A DNA stretch of 62,234 bases from Chloracidobacterium sp. UBA6041 (GCA_002427845.1 DIYZ01000279.1:1-62234), one strand, 5' to 3'. Positions 25,327 to 37,655 are shown, numbered from the stretch's first letter. The notes: generated by a model not told the origin, from the sequence alone. A program made the numbers and translations.

Positions 25327-25352
25327 CCGATCCTCCTGATTTTCGCGATGCC

Positions 25353-25799
25353 TTAGGCATTCTCATCAAACCGTTCCATCCATCGTTCGGGTTGTCGCAT
25401 TTCGGCGAAACCAAACTGCCGGTATAAGCCGTGCGCGTCTCGCGTGGCCAGCACCCAACGGCGCATGCTACTGAGCGCGGGATGGGCCATGATTACTTCC
25501 AACAATAATTTCGACAGCCCAAGGCCGCGATACTTATCTACGACGAATACGTCGGCTAACCATGCGAACGTGCAGTAGTCCGTCACGACGCGCGCGAACC
25601 CGACCTGCTGGTTGTTTTTATAGATTCCGAAGCTTAACGAATTCGCGAGCGCGCGTTCGACAGTTTCCAGTCTGCGGCCCTGCCCCCAATAAGACTCAGT
25701 GGCGATGAAGTGCTGGATCAGGTTAACGTCCAGGCGCTCGTTATCGGTGCTGATTGTGTATTCGCCCCGCTGCCACTGATGCGCCCCGGCTTCCGACAT
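25353..25799 (-). CDS. GNAT family N-acetyltransferase
   Basis: 148-aa ORF with the acetyl-CoA motif region [18 protein letters not shown]. Confidence 0.8.
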   Translation of the reverse strand: MSEAGAHQWQRGEYTISTDNERLDVNLIQHFIATESYWGQGRRLETVERALANSLSFGIYKNNQQVGFARVVTDYCTFAWLADVFVVDKYRGLGLSKLLLEVIMAHPALSSMRRWVLATRDAHGLYRQFGFAEMRQPERWMERFDENA

Positions 25800-25817
25800 C
25801 TATCCCTTTTTACTCCT

Positions 25818-27164
<1,347 letters not shown>

Positions 27165-27266
27165 CTAGCACATCGCATTTGGGTGGAACTGCTGTATCGC
27201 AAACGAGGCAACTTTATCATCGCCACTGTTGGAATCGAAGTGTGCGAAGGAAAACTGGAGCTCGAA

Positions 27267-28625
27267 TTAACCGGCGGCACGGGCGCTACCGCTATGCGTT
27301 TCAGAGCTGGCTGTGTTTGCAGCCTGCGGCAGTTCAAGCCGTACACTTATGGCGCGCCGGCGTTCTACACGGTCGACCTCAAAGAGAAGTCCATTGTAGT
27401 TGACCTTATCGCCGGGCTTAAGAATGTGGCCCGCTTCAGTCATCAGGAAGCCGGCAATCGTCGTATAGCTCTCGGACTCGGGCAGGGAAAGTTTGAGTCT
27501 GCGATTCAGATCACGGACAGCTGTGCCACCCGCAATTAGGTACTTATTATCGCCGGCGGAGACGATTTGTTCATTCACTTCTTCATCGTGTTCGTCGGAG
27601 ATGTCGCCCACGATTTCTTCCAACAAATCCTCAAGCGTAATGATGCCTTCGAGTCCGCCATGTTCATCCACGACAAAACCGAAATGCGCTTTTGCCTTCT
27701 GCATTTGGCGCAACACATCCTCGAGGCGCGCCGTGTCTACTACGTACAAAGAGGGCTGCAGTACATCGTCAAGCCGAAACTTCTCCGGGTGGAGGAGATA
27801 AGGCATAACATCCCTGCTATGTATGAACCCAATTACGTCATCGAGTGATTCGCGATAAACGGGCAGACGTGAGCAGCGAAACTCTTCGAATGCCTTCGTG
27901 ATCTGTTCAAGAGAGCTATCGGCCGGAATTGCGGCCATCTCGGTACGCGGCACCATTGCCTCGCGCACTAACGTGTCAGAAAACTCAAAAACGCGGTGGA
28001 TCAAGCGCCTTTCCTCGGCACGCAGGTAGCCGCTTTCGCGCGCGACGTCGATCAACTGCCGTAGTTCTGTTTCTGTGTAAACTGAAGCATGATCGAGCGT
28101 TGATTTTAGGCCAATGAAACGTCCGAGCGTCGAGCCCACTGTGTTGAAGATCCACAACGGTGCGCTAAAAGTCTTGGCAAATATTTCCAGCGGCCGCGAA
28201 CAGAAAAGCGCAACCCTTTCAGCACGTTCAAGCGCAAGCATCTTGGGCATTAACTCACCCAGGACGATATGTAGAAACGTGATTGCCGCGAACGCCACGA
28301 CGATCGCCAGGATGTGGGTAACGTAGCCGGCACGTCCTTCCGAAGCAATACTTCTCGCAAGGGGCTCCAGCAAATACGCTATGGTCGGTTCACCGATCCA
28401 GCCCAGGGCGAGCGAAGCAAGTGTAATTCCCAATTGTACTGCCGAGATGAAGATCGTGGGATTATCCAGGAGGCGAAGCGCAGATCTTGCGTTACTGCTT
28501 CCCGCGGCTGCCCGAGCTTCCAGTCGAGCGCGACGCACTGAGACCAAGGCAAACTCCGTCGCCACGAAAAAACCATTCGTCGCAACCAGAATCGCGACCC
28601 CAAGCAACTTTAGGAGTGTCATCAT
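27267..28625 (-). CDS. hemolysin-family / CNNM transporter-associated protein (DUF21-CBS-CorC_HlyC)
   Basis: N-terminal 4-TM DUF21, a CBS pair (VREAMVPRTEM..) and a CorC C-terminal domain (GHILKPGDKVNYNGLLFEV). Confidence 0.85.
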   Translation of the reverse strand: MMTLLKLLGVAILVATNGFFVATEFALVSVRRARLEARAAAGSSNARSALRLLDNPTIFISAVQLGITLASLALGWIGEPTIAYLLEPLARSIASEGRAGYVTHILAIVVAFAAITFLHIVLGELMPKMLALERAERVALFCSRPLEIFAKTFSAPLWIFNTVGSTLGRFIGLKSTLDHASVYTETELRQLIDVARESGYLRAEERRLIHRVFEFSDTLVREAMVPRTEMAAIPADSSLEQITKAFEEFRCSRLPVYRESLDDVIGFIHSRDVMPYLLHPEKFRLDDVLQPSLYVVDTARLEDVLRQMQKAKAHFGFVVDEHGGLEGIITLEDLLEEIVGDISDEHDEEVNEQIVSAGDNKYLIAGGTAVRDLNRRLKLSLPESESYTTIAGFLMTEAGHILKPGDKVNYNGLLFEVDRVERRRAISVRLELPQAANTASSETHSGSARAAG

Positions 28626-28854
28626 AGGAGCAACCCGCTTGACGCGGGTTTCTGCTGAAAAGTCTTGGCGGGATTACTGCCGGGTTCGTCCATTGGTAAA
28701 GGTGGAAGCTGATTCAGGTTGGCATTATAGCATGTGAGACTGACGCGCTAAGAACACACGCCTGCCGGTGGCTCACGGGGGCCGCAGCAAAAACCGACGA
28801 GAGGCCGCGATTTTTAGAGTTTATTTCGATGAGCAGACTGCTCTGGACCGCTGG

Positions 28855-29400
28855 TCAGTGGCCCGCTACTGCACCGGCGGCGCGAGCCCGGGCAGGCCGA
28901 CGATCATGCTTCACACACGCGCGAGTAAGAGCATGTTCTACACGCGGCTCGATATTACACTCAGGCTGCCGGCAAACAGCGGCCAACTCGGAAATCACGA
29001 GATAGCGCGCTCGTTCAAGCATCCGCTGTTCACGAAATGAAAGGGGCTTGAGGTGACTTAGATAGGTCAAGTGCTTTAGCACGTCCGCAGCCTCAAAGAT
29101 GTCTCCGGTGCGCATCTTCTCGGAAAATTCCTTGAATCGATCCTTCCAATCGTTAGCCGGAAATGAGAAATCATCCGCTAACACTTTGAAAAGCATTTCG
29201 CATTCGCCCGAAGAGATGGGTGATCGAAGACCGACTTCTGTAGCATTTGAAACGGGGACAAGCACCAGCGAGTTATTGGCAGCAAGGCGAAGCGTGTAGA
29301 AAGGGAGTAAGTTAGCGCCTATTTGCTTCTGTTCGATCTGCTCGATGGTCCCAATACCGTGATTTGGATAAACGACTTTCTGGCCGACTTTGAAGCCCAC
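28855..29400 (-). CDS. carD: CarD family transcriptional regulator
   Basis: GFKVGQKVVYPNHGIGTIEQIE. GTG 29400 sits 7 nt after GGAGG. The ORF is open to GTG 29442. Confidence 0.85.
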   Translation of the reverse strand: MGFKVGQKVVYPNHGIGTIEQIEQKQIGANLLPFYTLRLAANNSLVLVPVSNATEVGLRSPISSGECEMLFKVLADDFSFPANDWKDRFKEFSEKMRTGDIFEAADVLKHLTYLSHLKPLSFREQRMLERARYLVISELAAVCRQPECNIEPRVEHALTRACVKHDRRPARARAAGAVAGH

Positions 29401-29809
29401 CGCAGCACCTCCATCGATTTGAAAAATCAGACTCCGCCGCACGCGCGGGTCTGGGGAAATCCGAGCGACGCAGTAAAGCGCCGGGCCCTAATTGGTAAGT
29501 GATTGAAGTCTAGCAACTGGTCTTGCCAGCGTCAAGCGTTTCAGGGAACACCCAAAGCAAGTGAAAACGGTAACAAACATCGTGAGTTTTTGGCCTTGAC
29601 TTTCAATAATTACTGGTATTTGCAATTGACAGTTCAACGACGGAAAACCGTCATGATCTTCGTCAGCCGCAAGTGGTTTATTGAGCGCGATCGCGCATTA
29701 ATCACGACACCTACGTTGCTTTGAACTGCGTTGCTGTTACTCAGTTGGGACGCGGATGTTCGCCAGATCAAGCAACGTTGCCTCAAACATGCCACGGGCC
29801 GGCTACTAC

Positions 29810-31594
29810 TCATTTCGCCGGCGCCGGCTTAAAGGGAAGGCGATAATCACTCACGTTCTGGCACGGCTTGAATTCGATTTCTGTTTTAGCGGCTTCGGCA
29901 GCGCGGCGTATTTGAGCACGCGTTTCCACTTCATCTGGCGAGCGCAGTTTTGCAACAGACTGTGTTTCATTGTCGGCAGCAACGCGAGCGACCGCCCAGT
30001 AGCGGCCGGGTGGCAAATTGTTGAGCGCAAATGTTCCGTCCGAATTAACCTCGCCGGCAAAGAGCCGCAACACATCCTCAACGTTCTCTTTTTCAGCCGG
30101 CACCAGGTGTACGTACAGACTTGGCGGAACATTTTCACCTGGCGCTATTCCGACAGTTCCTCGAAACGAAGCCGCGCCTCCCGCCAGCGTAACCGTCAAA
30201 CCGGTGATGCGCTCGCCAAACTTCAAAGGCATTCCGTTTCGCGCAGCGTCAGTTTGCCTGGCCGCAGGTGCAACTCTTCCAGCGACCGATGGGGTCACGG
30301 AGCCTTCTCGCGTGATTGATTTGAGATACCAGTACTTCGCGAAGAACTGTACGTTCAAATCATATTGGCCTGGGGCGAGATTGCGGATCAGAAAATCTCC
30401 GGACTTGTTCGGTGTTCCCTGTGCGCCGAACAGTGTGGGGAAGCGCGGCCCATCTTTCGGCAAACCCTTTTCGCTTCGGCGCGCGGCAATCAGCGTTTCA
30501 GATAGCAGCGGCTGACGCTTATTCTTGCACTCAACTGCGTCCGATGCTGCTAAAGCCAGATGCCCACCGATCGCGCCCAGCGGCTTGATCGTTAGCTCAA
30601 TGCCGGTGACGTCGGCGCCTTTAACCGAAATACGTCGGGGCTCAGATGCGGTCATCTCCCCAAGGCCTACGGAAGATTGAGCAACCAGATCGTAATCTCC
30701 ATCCGCCAGGCCGTAGAACGAAAAACCCTTGCCATTGGGAGCTTGAAACCCATAGATACTCGACATCGGTACACCGTTTGAAATTTGCGTCAAGTTAAGA
30801 CTGAACTGTGAATAAGAATTGGGATCCGTTGGTCCATTCGCAACGCCGCTGATGACGTGGCCCGGCTCGCCCCGATAGCGAATGTTCACACCGTTGGCTT
30901 CCTCGCCTGCTCGTACCGTGATTTCCGCAGCCGTGTCACGCGTAGAAGATGGCGCGTAGGTTGGCGAGTCGTTTGCATAGGGGTTAGCCGCAAAGCTTAA
31001 TGAACCGCGACCACCTGCTGAGACCACATAGGTACCCGGCAACAAACCGTAAATTCTGTAGATGCCGCGATCATCAGTCAATTTCTGTGATTGATAGAAC
31101 CCGTATTTCGGCCGCTGGCCATTTGCATCCCGAACAAGCACGGCCTGAACCGAAACCTGCACCACGGGTTCACCAGAAGTTGACACGACTGTGCCCGAAA
31201 TCACGCCGCCCTTCACTAGAGTGAGCGTGACCGAGTCGCCAATCCGATAATAGGTCGGTGGAGTGTCCGGATCGCGCGGAGGCGAGACATAGGCAGGCAC
31301 CATCGCCGAAACACCATAGAGCAAGGGTTCAAGACCGGCGGCCTGAAAGTTTCCCTCGCTGTCGGTGGCAGTGATACGAGGTTGAAATAGCGGCATAGAG
31401 CCTCGCAGGTAGACCGTGGCATACGGAAGTGGTTGACCGCTTTCAGTAACTACACGTCCGGTTATCGTCCCGGCAGTGGCTGGAGTTTGAGTTTCGTCTC
31501 TTGGTGATTGGGCGTTTACGTTAACTGAGGACGCTACAATCAAGATGAGTAGCAGCAACCACGAGGCGGTGAGTTTTTTCTCGGTAGAGTTCAT
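29810..31594 (-). CDS. carboxypeptidase-regulatory-like domain repeat protein, secreted
   Basis: Signal peptide, then repeated modules of the type GTITGRVVTESGQPLPYATVYL / GVISGTVVSTSGEPVVQVSV. No TonB-dependent receptor barrel. Confidence 0.75.
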   Translation of the reverse strand: MNSTEKKLTASWLLLLILIVASSVNVNAQSPRDETQTPATAGTITGRVVTESGQPLPYATVYLRGSMPLFQPRITATDSEGNFQAAGLEPLLYGVSAMVPAYVSPPRDPDTPPTYYRIGDSVTLTLVKGGVISGTVVSTSGEPVVQVSVQAVLVRDANGQRPKYGFYQSQKLTDDRGIYRIYGLLPGTYVVSAGGRGSLSFAANPYANDSPTYAPSSTRDTAAEITVRAGEEANGVNIRYRGEPGHVISGVANGPTDPNSYSQFSLNLTQISNGVPMSSIYGFQAPNGKGFSFYGLADGDYDLVAQSSVGLGEMTASEPRRISVKGADVTGIELTIKPLGAIGGHLALAASDAVECKNKRQPLLSETLIAARRSEKGLPKDGPRFPTLFGAQGTPNKSGDFLIRNLAPGQYDLNVQFFAKYWYLKSITREGSVTPSVAGRVAPAARQTDAARNGMPLKFGERITGLTVTLAGGAASFRGTVGIAPGENVPPSLYVHLVPAEKENVEDVLRLFAGEVNSDGTFALNNLPPGRYWAVARVAADNETQSVAKLRSPDEVETRAQIRRAAEAAKTEIEFKPCQNVSDYRLPFKPAPAK

Positions 31595-31633
31595 CAGTCC
31601 TTAATAAACTTAACACCGAAAATCTGCGCGGGT

Positions 31634-33313
31634 TCACGGGTTGGGAGATGGTCCGGGCGCTGGCTTCAGATCAATGACCACCTCAACCTCAGTTACGCCC
31701 CCTTCAATCACGGTGATTGGTTGGCTGACGGAAGGTTGCTTCGTGCGCGATCCCGGTATGAAAGCGCTGACCTGCAATTCGTAAGACCCGGCGGCTATAC
31801 CTTCAAGGACAAAATGACCACGCGCGTCGACCTCCTCGGGCCGCAAATTTGACGGCCACGAATCCCCTGGCTTCACAAGCCGAGCGGTGACGCGTGCGTT
31901 CGGCGGCGGCGGCCCATTCTCGAATTTCACTACCCCGCGAACGACACTATTCCCGTAGCTCACAACAATCTTCACTCCCGAAATCTGCTCCGCCGCTCTG
32001 ATTTCCAGTCCGCGAGCCTGAACCACGTCGTCACGCTCGACCCGCGAGATTGAAAATCCGGTTAGCTGGCTACGGTCTATAGCCCCAAGCGAAAAGTTCG
32101 CCAAACCTGCCTGCAGACCCCCCAGACGAAAGCTTCCGTCCGGGCCAATAGTAGAAAACTGTCCTGAACCATTATTGCCCTCGCTGCGTACGAAGGCCTG
32201 AAGGCGAAACTGAGACAACTTTGCAATGGCGGTTTTGTTCGAAGTTCCTTCGAGTACAACAATGCCAGAAACACTTGCCCCCTTTGAAGTTCTGACCACT
32301 AATCCGGTCACATCCTGATCAACTACTTCAAAGGGCACAGGGTCGCTACGACCATCGCTGTTAGGTTGTGGATAAATAAGAATCGCGTATTTTCCCGGAG
32401 TGATATTTTCAAACCGAAACTCGCCCCGGCTGTTTGAGACTGAAACTATGCCTATCATGGGAGAGTTGCGTTCGCTGACGATGCTCTGAAGTCCAAATCG
32501 GATATCCGTGAGCGGCCGGTCCGTCTCACCATCGACAATCAATCCGCTCGCTGCAAATCCGGGGATGCTTTCGCCTACCGTGATGTCAATATTCGTTGCC
32601 TCGCCACCTTCTTCGAGCTCGATAATTTTGGCTTCGTTCGAATTCGTCACGCCAGGATAGAAGACTCGCTCGTAAGCGGGTCGACCTCGATTAACGATGA
32701 CGTAAGAACCCTCATCGGATTGTCCGACATAGATTTTGTAGCGCCCGGGTGCGAGGCCGTAGAGTCGATAAATCCCACGATCATCTGTCTGAGTAGAAGA
32801 GCCTGGCGTAATCGAAGGACGACCCGGGTTTAGTGGGTCCGCAAACATTGCGGTAATCCGTTCCTCCACAACGGGCCGACCATCCGCGCTGGTAACTTTT
32901 CCCGTAATCACTCCGCCTCGCACGAGCGAAAAGTTTATGCCTTCGACGTTTTCGCCCTCGGCCAGCACTAATGACTTGCCGCCTCGGGGTACCGACGAGT
33001 CCGGATCAGAAACGACAAACGAGGGCGCCATAGGCGCCACTTGATAATTTCCTGGCGGCGCATCCGTGATCCTGTAGTTGCCGCCGGGATCTGTTGTGGT
33101 TTTGTATACCGCACTCTGCGAGAACGAATAATCCGAAGTTCGAAGACCGACGGCGATACCGCCCTTGCCTTTGCCATTAACAGTCACTCGGCCTGAAATA
33201 CTTGCTCCCGGTGGCTTCCCAGGGGGTTTTGTTTGGGAGTTCGCTGTGGCGAGGGTACCCGCGCAGCCGAGCCCCAGGACCAAAATGAATGCGTAGCGAG
33301 GGAGGCTATTCAT
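31634..33313 (-). CDS. carboxypeptidase-regulatory-like domain repeat protein, secreted (tandem paralogue)
   Basis: Same repeat type: ISGRVTVNGKGKGGIAV, ITGKVTSADGRPVVEERI, PGRYKIYV. The likely start is ATG 33313 (MNSLPRYAFILVLGLG..); the ORF is open to 33364. Confidence 0.75.
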   Translation of the reverse strand: MNSLPRYAFILVLGLGCAGTLATANSQTKPPGKPPGASISGRVTVNGKGKGGIAVGLRTSDYSFSQSAVYKTTTDPGGNYRITDAPPGNYQVAPMAPSFVVSDPDSSVPRGGKSLVLAEGENVEGINFSLVRGGVITGKVTSADGRPVVEERITAMFADPLNPGRPSITPGSSTQTDDRGIYRLYGLAPGRYKIYVGQSDEGSYVIVNRGRPAYERVFYPGVTNSNEAKIIELEEGGEATNIDITVGESIPGFAASGLIVDGETDRPLTDIRFGLQSIVSERNSPMIGIVSVSNSRGEFRFENITPGKYAILIYPQPNSDGRSDPVPFEVVDQDVTGLVVRTSKGASVSGIVVLEGTSNKTAIAKLSQFRLQAFVRSEGNNGSGQFSTIGPDGSFRLGGLQAGLANFSLGAIDRSQLTGFSISRVERDDVVQARGLEIRAAEQISGVKIVVSYGNSVVRGVVKFENGPPPPNARVTARLVKPGDSWPSNLRPEEVDARGHFVLEGIAAGSYELQVSAFIPGSRTKQPSVSQPITVIEGGVTEVEVVIDLKPAPGPSPNP

Positions 33314-33524
33314 AAATAGAAACCTCTCTTTTCCAGGTTGCGAGGAGGCGTAGATGGTACTCAATCCAATGGCTATTGTCTCGGTCTAAACGTATTAAGT
33401 TGTCAGAGCTAAATCATACTGCTAGGATCGCCGGAGATTAGTTTGCAATGGTCTCCTACGACACCGGTTGGTTTGTTACTTTCGCAGGGCTACGACCCTC
33501 GTTTAATTCCGACTCTGATCCGCT

Positions 33525-35219
33525 ATGGCATTCCTTAAAATTACCGACGCAAGTGGCCGGCAATGGCAGTACAACTTTCTTCCTCAGGGCATGTGCACCA
33601 TAGGACGCGCGCCTGACAACACCGTCGTCCTCGATGACCCGCGCGCTTCTCGCTATCACGCACATATCAAATCTTCCGACGATGGCTCGTTCACTCTGGT
33701 TGACGGCGCGATGATCAATGGACAGCTCCGCCGCAGCGCCAACAAAGTCTTTGTTAACGGCGGACCGCATTCGGAGTATCAATTAAAGAATGGCGATCGC
33801 GTGACTATCGGCGCGAGCACGCTACGCTTTGAACAACCCGCCGAAGAACGCACCACCGACGTCCGTTACGATGACAAGCCCCTCGGCCACACGCAACTGC
33901 TAATCTCGGCCAACGACGTTATGTCGACGGTCCTGCATACGAAGCCCGGTGAAGGTGTAACAGGAGTAACAACATCGCAGGCTAGTCCGGCGCGGGACAA
34001 AGTGCTCGAAGCGTTGCAACGAAAAGCAAACATCCTCACGGCGCTCTATGAGATGAGCAAGACTTTAGGCTCGGTTTTTGATCTCGACGCGATCTTTGCC
34101 AAGGCAACTGACATTATTTTTCGATCGACTCCTGCTGATCGAGTGGTGGCCCTGCTGGCCGAAGGAAACGGCACTGAAAATCCGGAAGACGTGAAGCTGA
34201 ATCCCATCGCCATGCGGGCCCGCGATGAAAGTCTCAACAATCACGCTCGCAAGCTAACGATTGGCCGCACCATCACGCGGAAAGTGATGAAGGATCGAGT
34301 GGCTTTGCTTTCGCAGGACGCGGCTTCAGACGAACAATTTGCCGGCGTCGATTCGATCGTGTCTCAAGGGGTTCGTTCGACCATTTGTGCTCCACTCGTC
34401 GGCGAGTCGAGAGTTCATGGAGCAATCTACGCGGACCGGCTGGATCCTTTTGCCGCTTTCAAACCAGATGATCTGGAATTAATCAGCGCAGTCGCCGCGC
34501 AAACGGCAATTGCCGTGGAAAATGCTCGGGCGCACGAGCGCCTAGCCCGGGAGGAAGTGGCTCGCGCGAACTACAGCCGGTTCCTTCCCGAATACGTAGT
34601 GAAGCAAATGCTCGAGAACCCCGAGTCGTTTAAGCTTGGCGGCGTTAATCAGACAATCACCGTGCTCTTCGCCGACATTCGCGGCTTTACGCGCATTTCT
34701 GAACACGCGCCGCCGGAGAAGATTGTTGGCTTGCTCAATAGATACTTCTCCGCTATGACCGACATTATTTTTGCCCATGGGGGAACTCTGGATAAGTATC
34801 TCGGCGATGGCTTGATGGCCTTGTTTGGAGCACCGACTGCGACCCCTGAAGATGCATCCAACGCTCTAAACGCAGCGGTGGCGATGCAGCGTCGCATTCT
34901 CGGCATCAACATTGAACTGCGGGAAGAAGGTCTGTTGGAAATTGGCGTGGGTATCGGTCTGCATACGGGTGAAGTGACTGTGGGCTATATCGGCTCCGAA
35001 CGGCGTTCGGAATACACTGCTATCGGAGATACGGTAAACACGGCTTCGCGGCTGGAATCGAACGCGAGAGGTGGCGAGATTCTTTTGAGCGACGCTACCG
35101 CCAAGGCCGCCCGCAGCCGTTACAAACTTCACTCGCGCGATCCAATCACCGTCAAGAATCGTGAGCAGCCGGTTATTCTTTGGGAAGTCGATTGGCAGCG
35201 CGCAAGCGGCGCATTTTGA
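33525..35219 (+). CDS. FHA - GAF - class III adenylate/guanylate cyclase
   Basis: FHA domain (TIGRAPDNTVVLDDPRASRYHAHI), a central GAF-like region, and cyclase motifs VLFADIRGFT, GDGLMALFGAP, GDTVNTASRLE. Confidence 0.85.
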   Translation: MAFLKITDASGRQWQYNFLPQGMCTIGRAPDNTVVLDDPRASRYHAHIKSSDDGSFTLVDGAMINGQLRRSANKVFVNGGPHSEYQLKNGDRVTIGASTLRFEQPAEERTTDVRYDDKPLGHTQLLISANDVMSTVLHTKPGEGVTGVTTSQASPARDKVLEALQRKANILTALYEMSKTLGSVFDLDAIFAKATDIIFRSTPADRVVALLAEGNGTENPEDVKLNPIAMRARDESLNNHARKLTIGRTITRKVMKDRVALLSQDAASDEQFAGVDSIVSQGVRSTICAPLVGESRVHGAIYADRLDPFAAFKPDDLELISAVAAQTAIAVENARAHERLAREEVARANYSRFLPEYVVKQMLENPESFKLGGVNQTITVLFADIRGFTRISEHAPPEKIVGLLNRYFSAMTDIIFAHGGTLDKYLGDGLMALFGAPTATPEDASNALNAAVAMQRRILGINIELREEGLLEIGVGIGLHTGEVTVGYIGSERRSEYTAIGDTVNTASRLESNARGGEILLSDATAKAARSRYKLHSRDPITVKNREQPVILWEVDWQRASGAF

Positions 35220-35258
35220 TTTGAGGCGAAAGAACAAAAAACTTACGAAGTTATATTT

Positions 35259-35316
35259 ATGGTGAATAGAACCGGGAATGACGCCTACGTCCCCGCGTTT
35301 TATTCACCATTCTTTT
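35259..35316 (+). terminator. candidate intrinsic terminator after the cyclase gene
   Basis: atggtgaata (35259-35268) pairs with tattcaccat (35301-35310), followed by tcttttt. The enclosed loop is long (32 nt), so this is tentative. Confidence 0.4.
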
Positions 35317-35326
35317 TGAGATAGTC

Positions 35327-36469
35327 ATGCGCTTTACGGAGGTATTCCAACGCCGGCTGACGATTGCGCGTGTGTATGGCATTCCGGTTCGCATTGACTA
35401 TCGCTGGTTTGCTGTAGTTGCGCTAAGTATCTGGCTCATTGAGAGCAATCTGCAACGCCACGTTATTCAAGTTGGTAATGTGAGCCTGCCGCCCGTCGCG
35501 CCTGCCACCGCCTGGTTCCTCGGACTAATTACAACTGCCGGACTTTTCCTATCGGTCTTTGGCCACGAACTCTCACACGCGTTGATGGCCAGAGCGGAGG
35601 GGATTGAAATCGAAGAGATCGTTCTTCATCCCTTTGGCGGCTTAGCCCGACTGCGAACCGAACCACAGAATCCACGGGCCGAACTGCGCATAGCGTTTGC
35701 TGGTCCTGCGGCCAGTTTCCTGTTTGCATTGCTCGCTTTTGGTGGCGCAAAAATTGCGGCGCTCGGAGATCATGTTGCGACTGTCGTTGTCTTCTTCTTG
35801 ATCGCCTCGGGAAATCTACTGCTCGCTCTCTTCAATCTCTTCCCTGGTTATCCACTCGATGGCGGTCGAGTACTGCGCGCCATTCTTTGGCGCCGCAGTG
35901 GAAATATTAAGGAGGCGACGCGCCTGGCAGGTATCTGCGGCGTTCTGATCGCCGGTACGCTTATCCTGTTTGGAATCTACATAATGATTGCACCAAACTG
36001 GAGACCATCGCAGCCTTACTTCATGGGTGGCTGGTCGATCTTAGTAGGACTGTTCTTGCTCGATACTGCCGCGAAAGTTGTGAAAGGCTCGCAAGGCGCA
36101 AGGCTGGTGACAGTAGGCGAAGCGATGTCAGCGCCGATCGCAATTGAACCAGAGCTTGTCGTTCGCAGATTTGTGGACGATGTCCTTCCCCTTCATCGCC
36201 AAACGAGTTTTCCCGTCGCGATAAACGGGCGGCTGCACGGGATACTCACGCTCGAAGATTTGAAATCACTTCCGCCCGAACGTTGGGCCGACACGCGCGT
36301 ACAAACCGTGATGCGCCCAATCGTGGCAGGATTCTTTGTTGAAACAGCCACAACCCTCGATTCAGCACAGGAGTTGATGAAGGGAAACGGCGTTGGTTCG
36401 GTGGCGGTGCTAAATACTCGTGGCGAACTGGTCGGGTTTCTGCAGCGCGGAAAGATCCGCAGGAGATAA
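35327..36469 (+). CDS. site-2 protease (M50) family protein with CBS pair
   Basis: HELSHALMA, NLFPGYPLDGGR, and C-terminal CBS-like repeats. Confidence 0.85.
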   Translation: MRFTEVFQRRLTIARVYGIPVRIDYRWFAVVALSIWLIESNLQRHVIQVGNVSLPPVAPATAWFLGLITTAGLFLSVFGHELSHALMARAEGIEIEEIVLHPFGGLARLRTEPQNPRAELRIAFAGPAASFLFALLAFGGAKIAALGDHVATVVVFFLIASGNLLLALFNLFPGYPLDGGRVLRAILWRRSGNIKEATRLAGICGVLIAGTLILFGIYIMIAPNWRPSQPYFMGGWSILVGLFLLDTAAKVVKGSQGARLVTVGEAMSAPIAIEPELVVRRFVDDVLPLHRQTSFPVAINGRLHGILTLEDLKSLPPERWADTRVQTVMRPIVAGFFVETATTLDSAQELMKGNGVGSVAVLNTRGELVGFLQRGKIRRR

Positions 36470-36588
36470 AAACGGTAGCTCACTCCTTCGTAGTTCTGAA
36501 TTCTCGCGCCACAGTTCCTCCTACTTTTTAGGACCCCAAAACTTCTTCACTGAACCTTAAACTTAACCACTTCGCAACCGAAACGCCA

Positions 36589-36617
36589 TTGCCACAGTTC
36601 TAATTTTTCGCGATAAT
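36589..36617 (+). promoter_or_regulatory. candidate promoter TTGCCA-N17-GATAAT
   Basis: ttgcca at 36589-36594 and gataat at 36612-36617, 41 nt upstream of the CDF start. Confidence 0.4.
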
Positions 36618-36657
36618 CCACGCGGAGCTATCATTTCGTAGCCGAAGGAAATCGCTG

Positions 36658-37605
36658 ATGCTTGCAGTATTGGGCGCGCTCTTTGCCAATGCTCTAATCG
36701 CAGTTCTTAAGCTTGGGGCGGCTTTTGTTACGGGGTCTTCCGGCATGATGGCCGAAGCCCTGCACTCGGTTGCAGACACGACCAATCAGGTCTTTCTGCT
36801 TCTCGGATTGAGTTTCTTCAAGCGCCCGGCTTCAAAGAAACATCCTTTCGGCTACGGCAAAGAGCGCTTCTTCTGGTCTTTCATAGCCGCGATCTTTATT
36901 TTCGGAGTTGGATCGACCTATGCAATCTACGAAGGCGTAGTAAAACTAGGTCATCCGCACACTCCGGAAAACCTGAATTGGGCCTATTTGGTTCTTGGCA
37001 TCTCGTTTGTTCTTGAAGGCGCTTCAATCGCCCTGGCGATCTATCAGGAGAAAAAAGAAGCACGGCATGAAGGTCTAACGTTCCTTGATTATCTTCGCGA
37101 GTCGAAGGATCCAACAGCGAAGACGGTGATCTTTGAAGATTCTGCCGCGCTGCTTGGTCTGGTTATTGCCGCCGGGGGACTCTTTCTCACCGAGCATCAC
37201 ACTGGGCCAAATGGTGGAGCGTATTGGGATGGCGTCGCTTCAATACTCATCGGCGTAGTGCTGGCGATTGTAGCTTTTATTTTGGCCCGCAGTTCGCGCG
37301 GCTTGTTACTCGGCGAAGCTGCGAATCCAAAGAGCGTGCGCGCTATCGCGCTGGCCATCCAAAGTCATCCGAATGTAGTAAAGGTGGTCGAGCTTTTGAC
37401 AATGCACCTGGCGCCGAAACAGATTTTAATTAACGCGCACATAAATCTTCGCGATGATCTTCTGACTGCCGATATCGTTAAGACAGTCGAAGAGGTAGAA
37501 GAGCTGATTAAACGAGCGGAGCCAAAAGTTGAAATGATTTTTTTGGAGACGGCTCGCCAGAGCGATAGCCCCGAAGAGGAGTGTGTGTCGGAGCATGTTG
37601 CGTAG
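36658..37605 (+). CDS. cation diffusion facilitator family transporter
   Basis: AEALHSVADT and six TM segments with a C-terminal cytoplasmic domain. SD GAAGGA lies 8 nt upstream. Confidence 0.85.
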   Translation: MLAVLGALFANALIAVLKLGAAFVTGSSGMMAEALHSVADTTNQVFLLLGLSFFKRPASKKHPFGYGKERFFWSFIAAIFIFGVGSTYAIYEGVVKLGHPHTPENLNWAYLVLGISFVLEGASIALAIYQEKKEARHEGLTFLDYLRESKDPTAKTVIFEDSAALLGLVIAAGGLFLTEHHTGPNGGAYWDGVASILIGVVLAIVAFILARSSRGLLLGEAANPKSVRAIALAIQSHPNVVKVVELLTMHLAPKQILINAHINLRDDLLTADIVKTVEEVEELIKRAEPKVEMIFLETARQSDSPEEECVSEHVA

Positions 37606-37655
37606 GTGGTAAGGATTTTTCGATTACGGTTTGGTGAAACTAAATTGCTGCCTCT

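Noticed and set aside
29503-29724. 73-aa plus-strand ORF in the 367-nt region upstream of carD.
   Set aside because: It has no SD and no family resemblance, and it lies in the probable carD promoter region.
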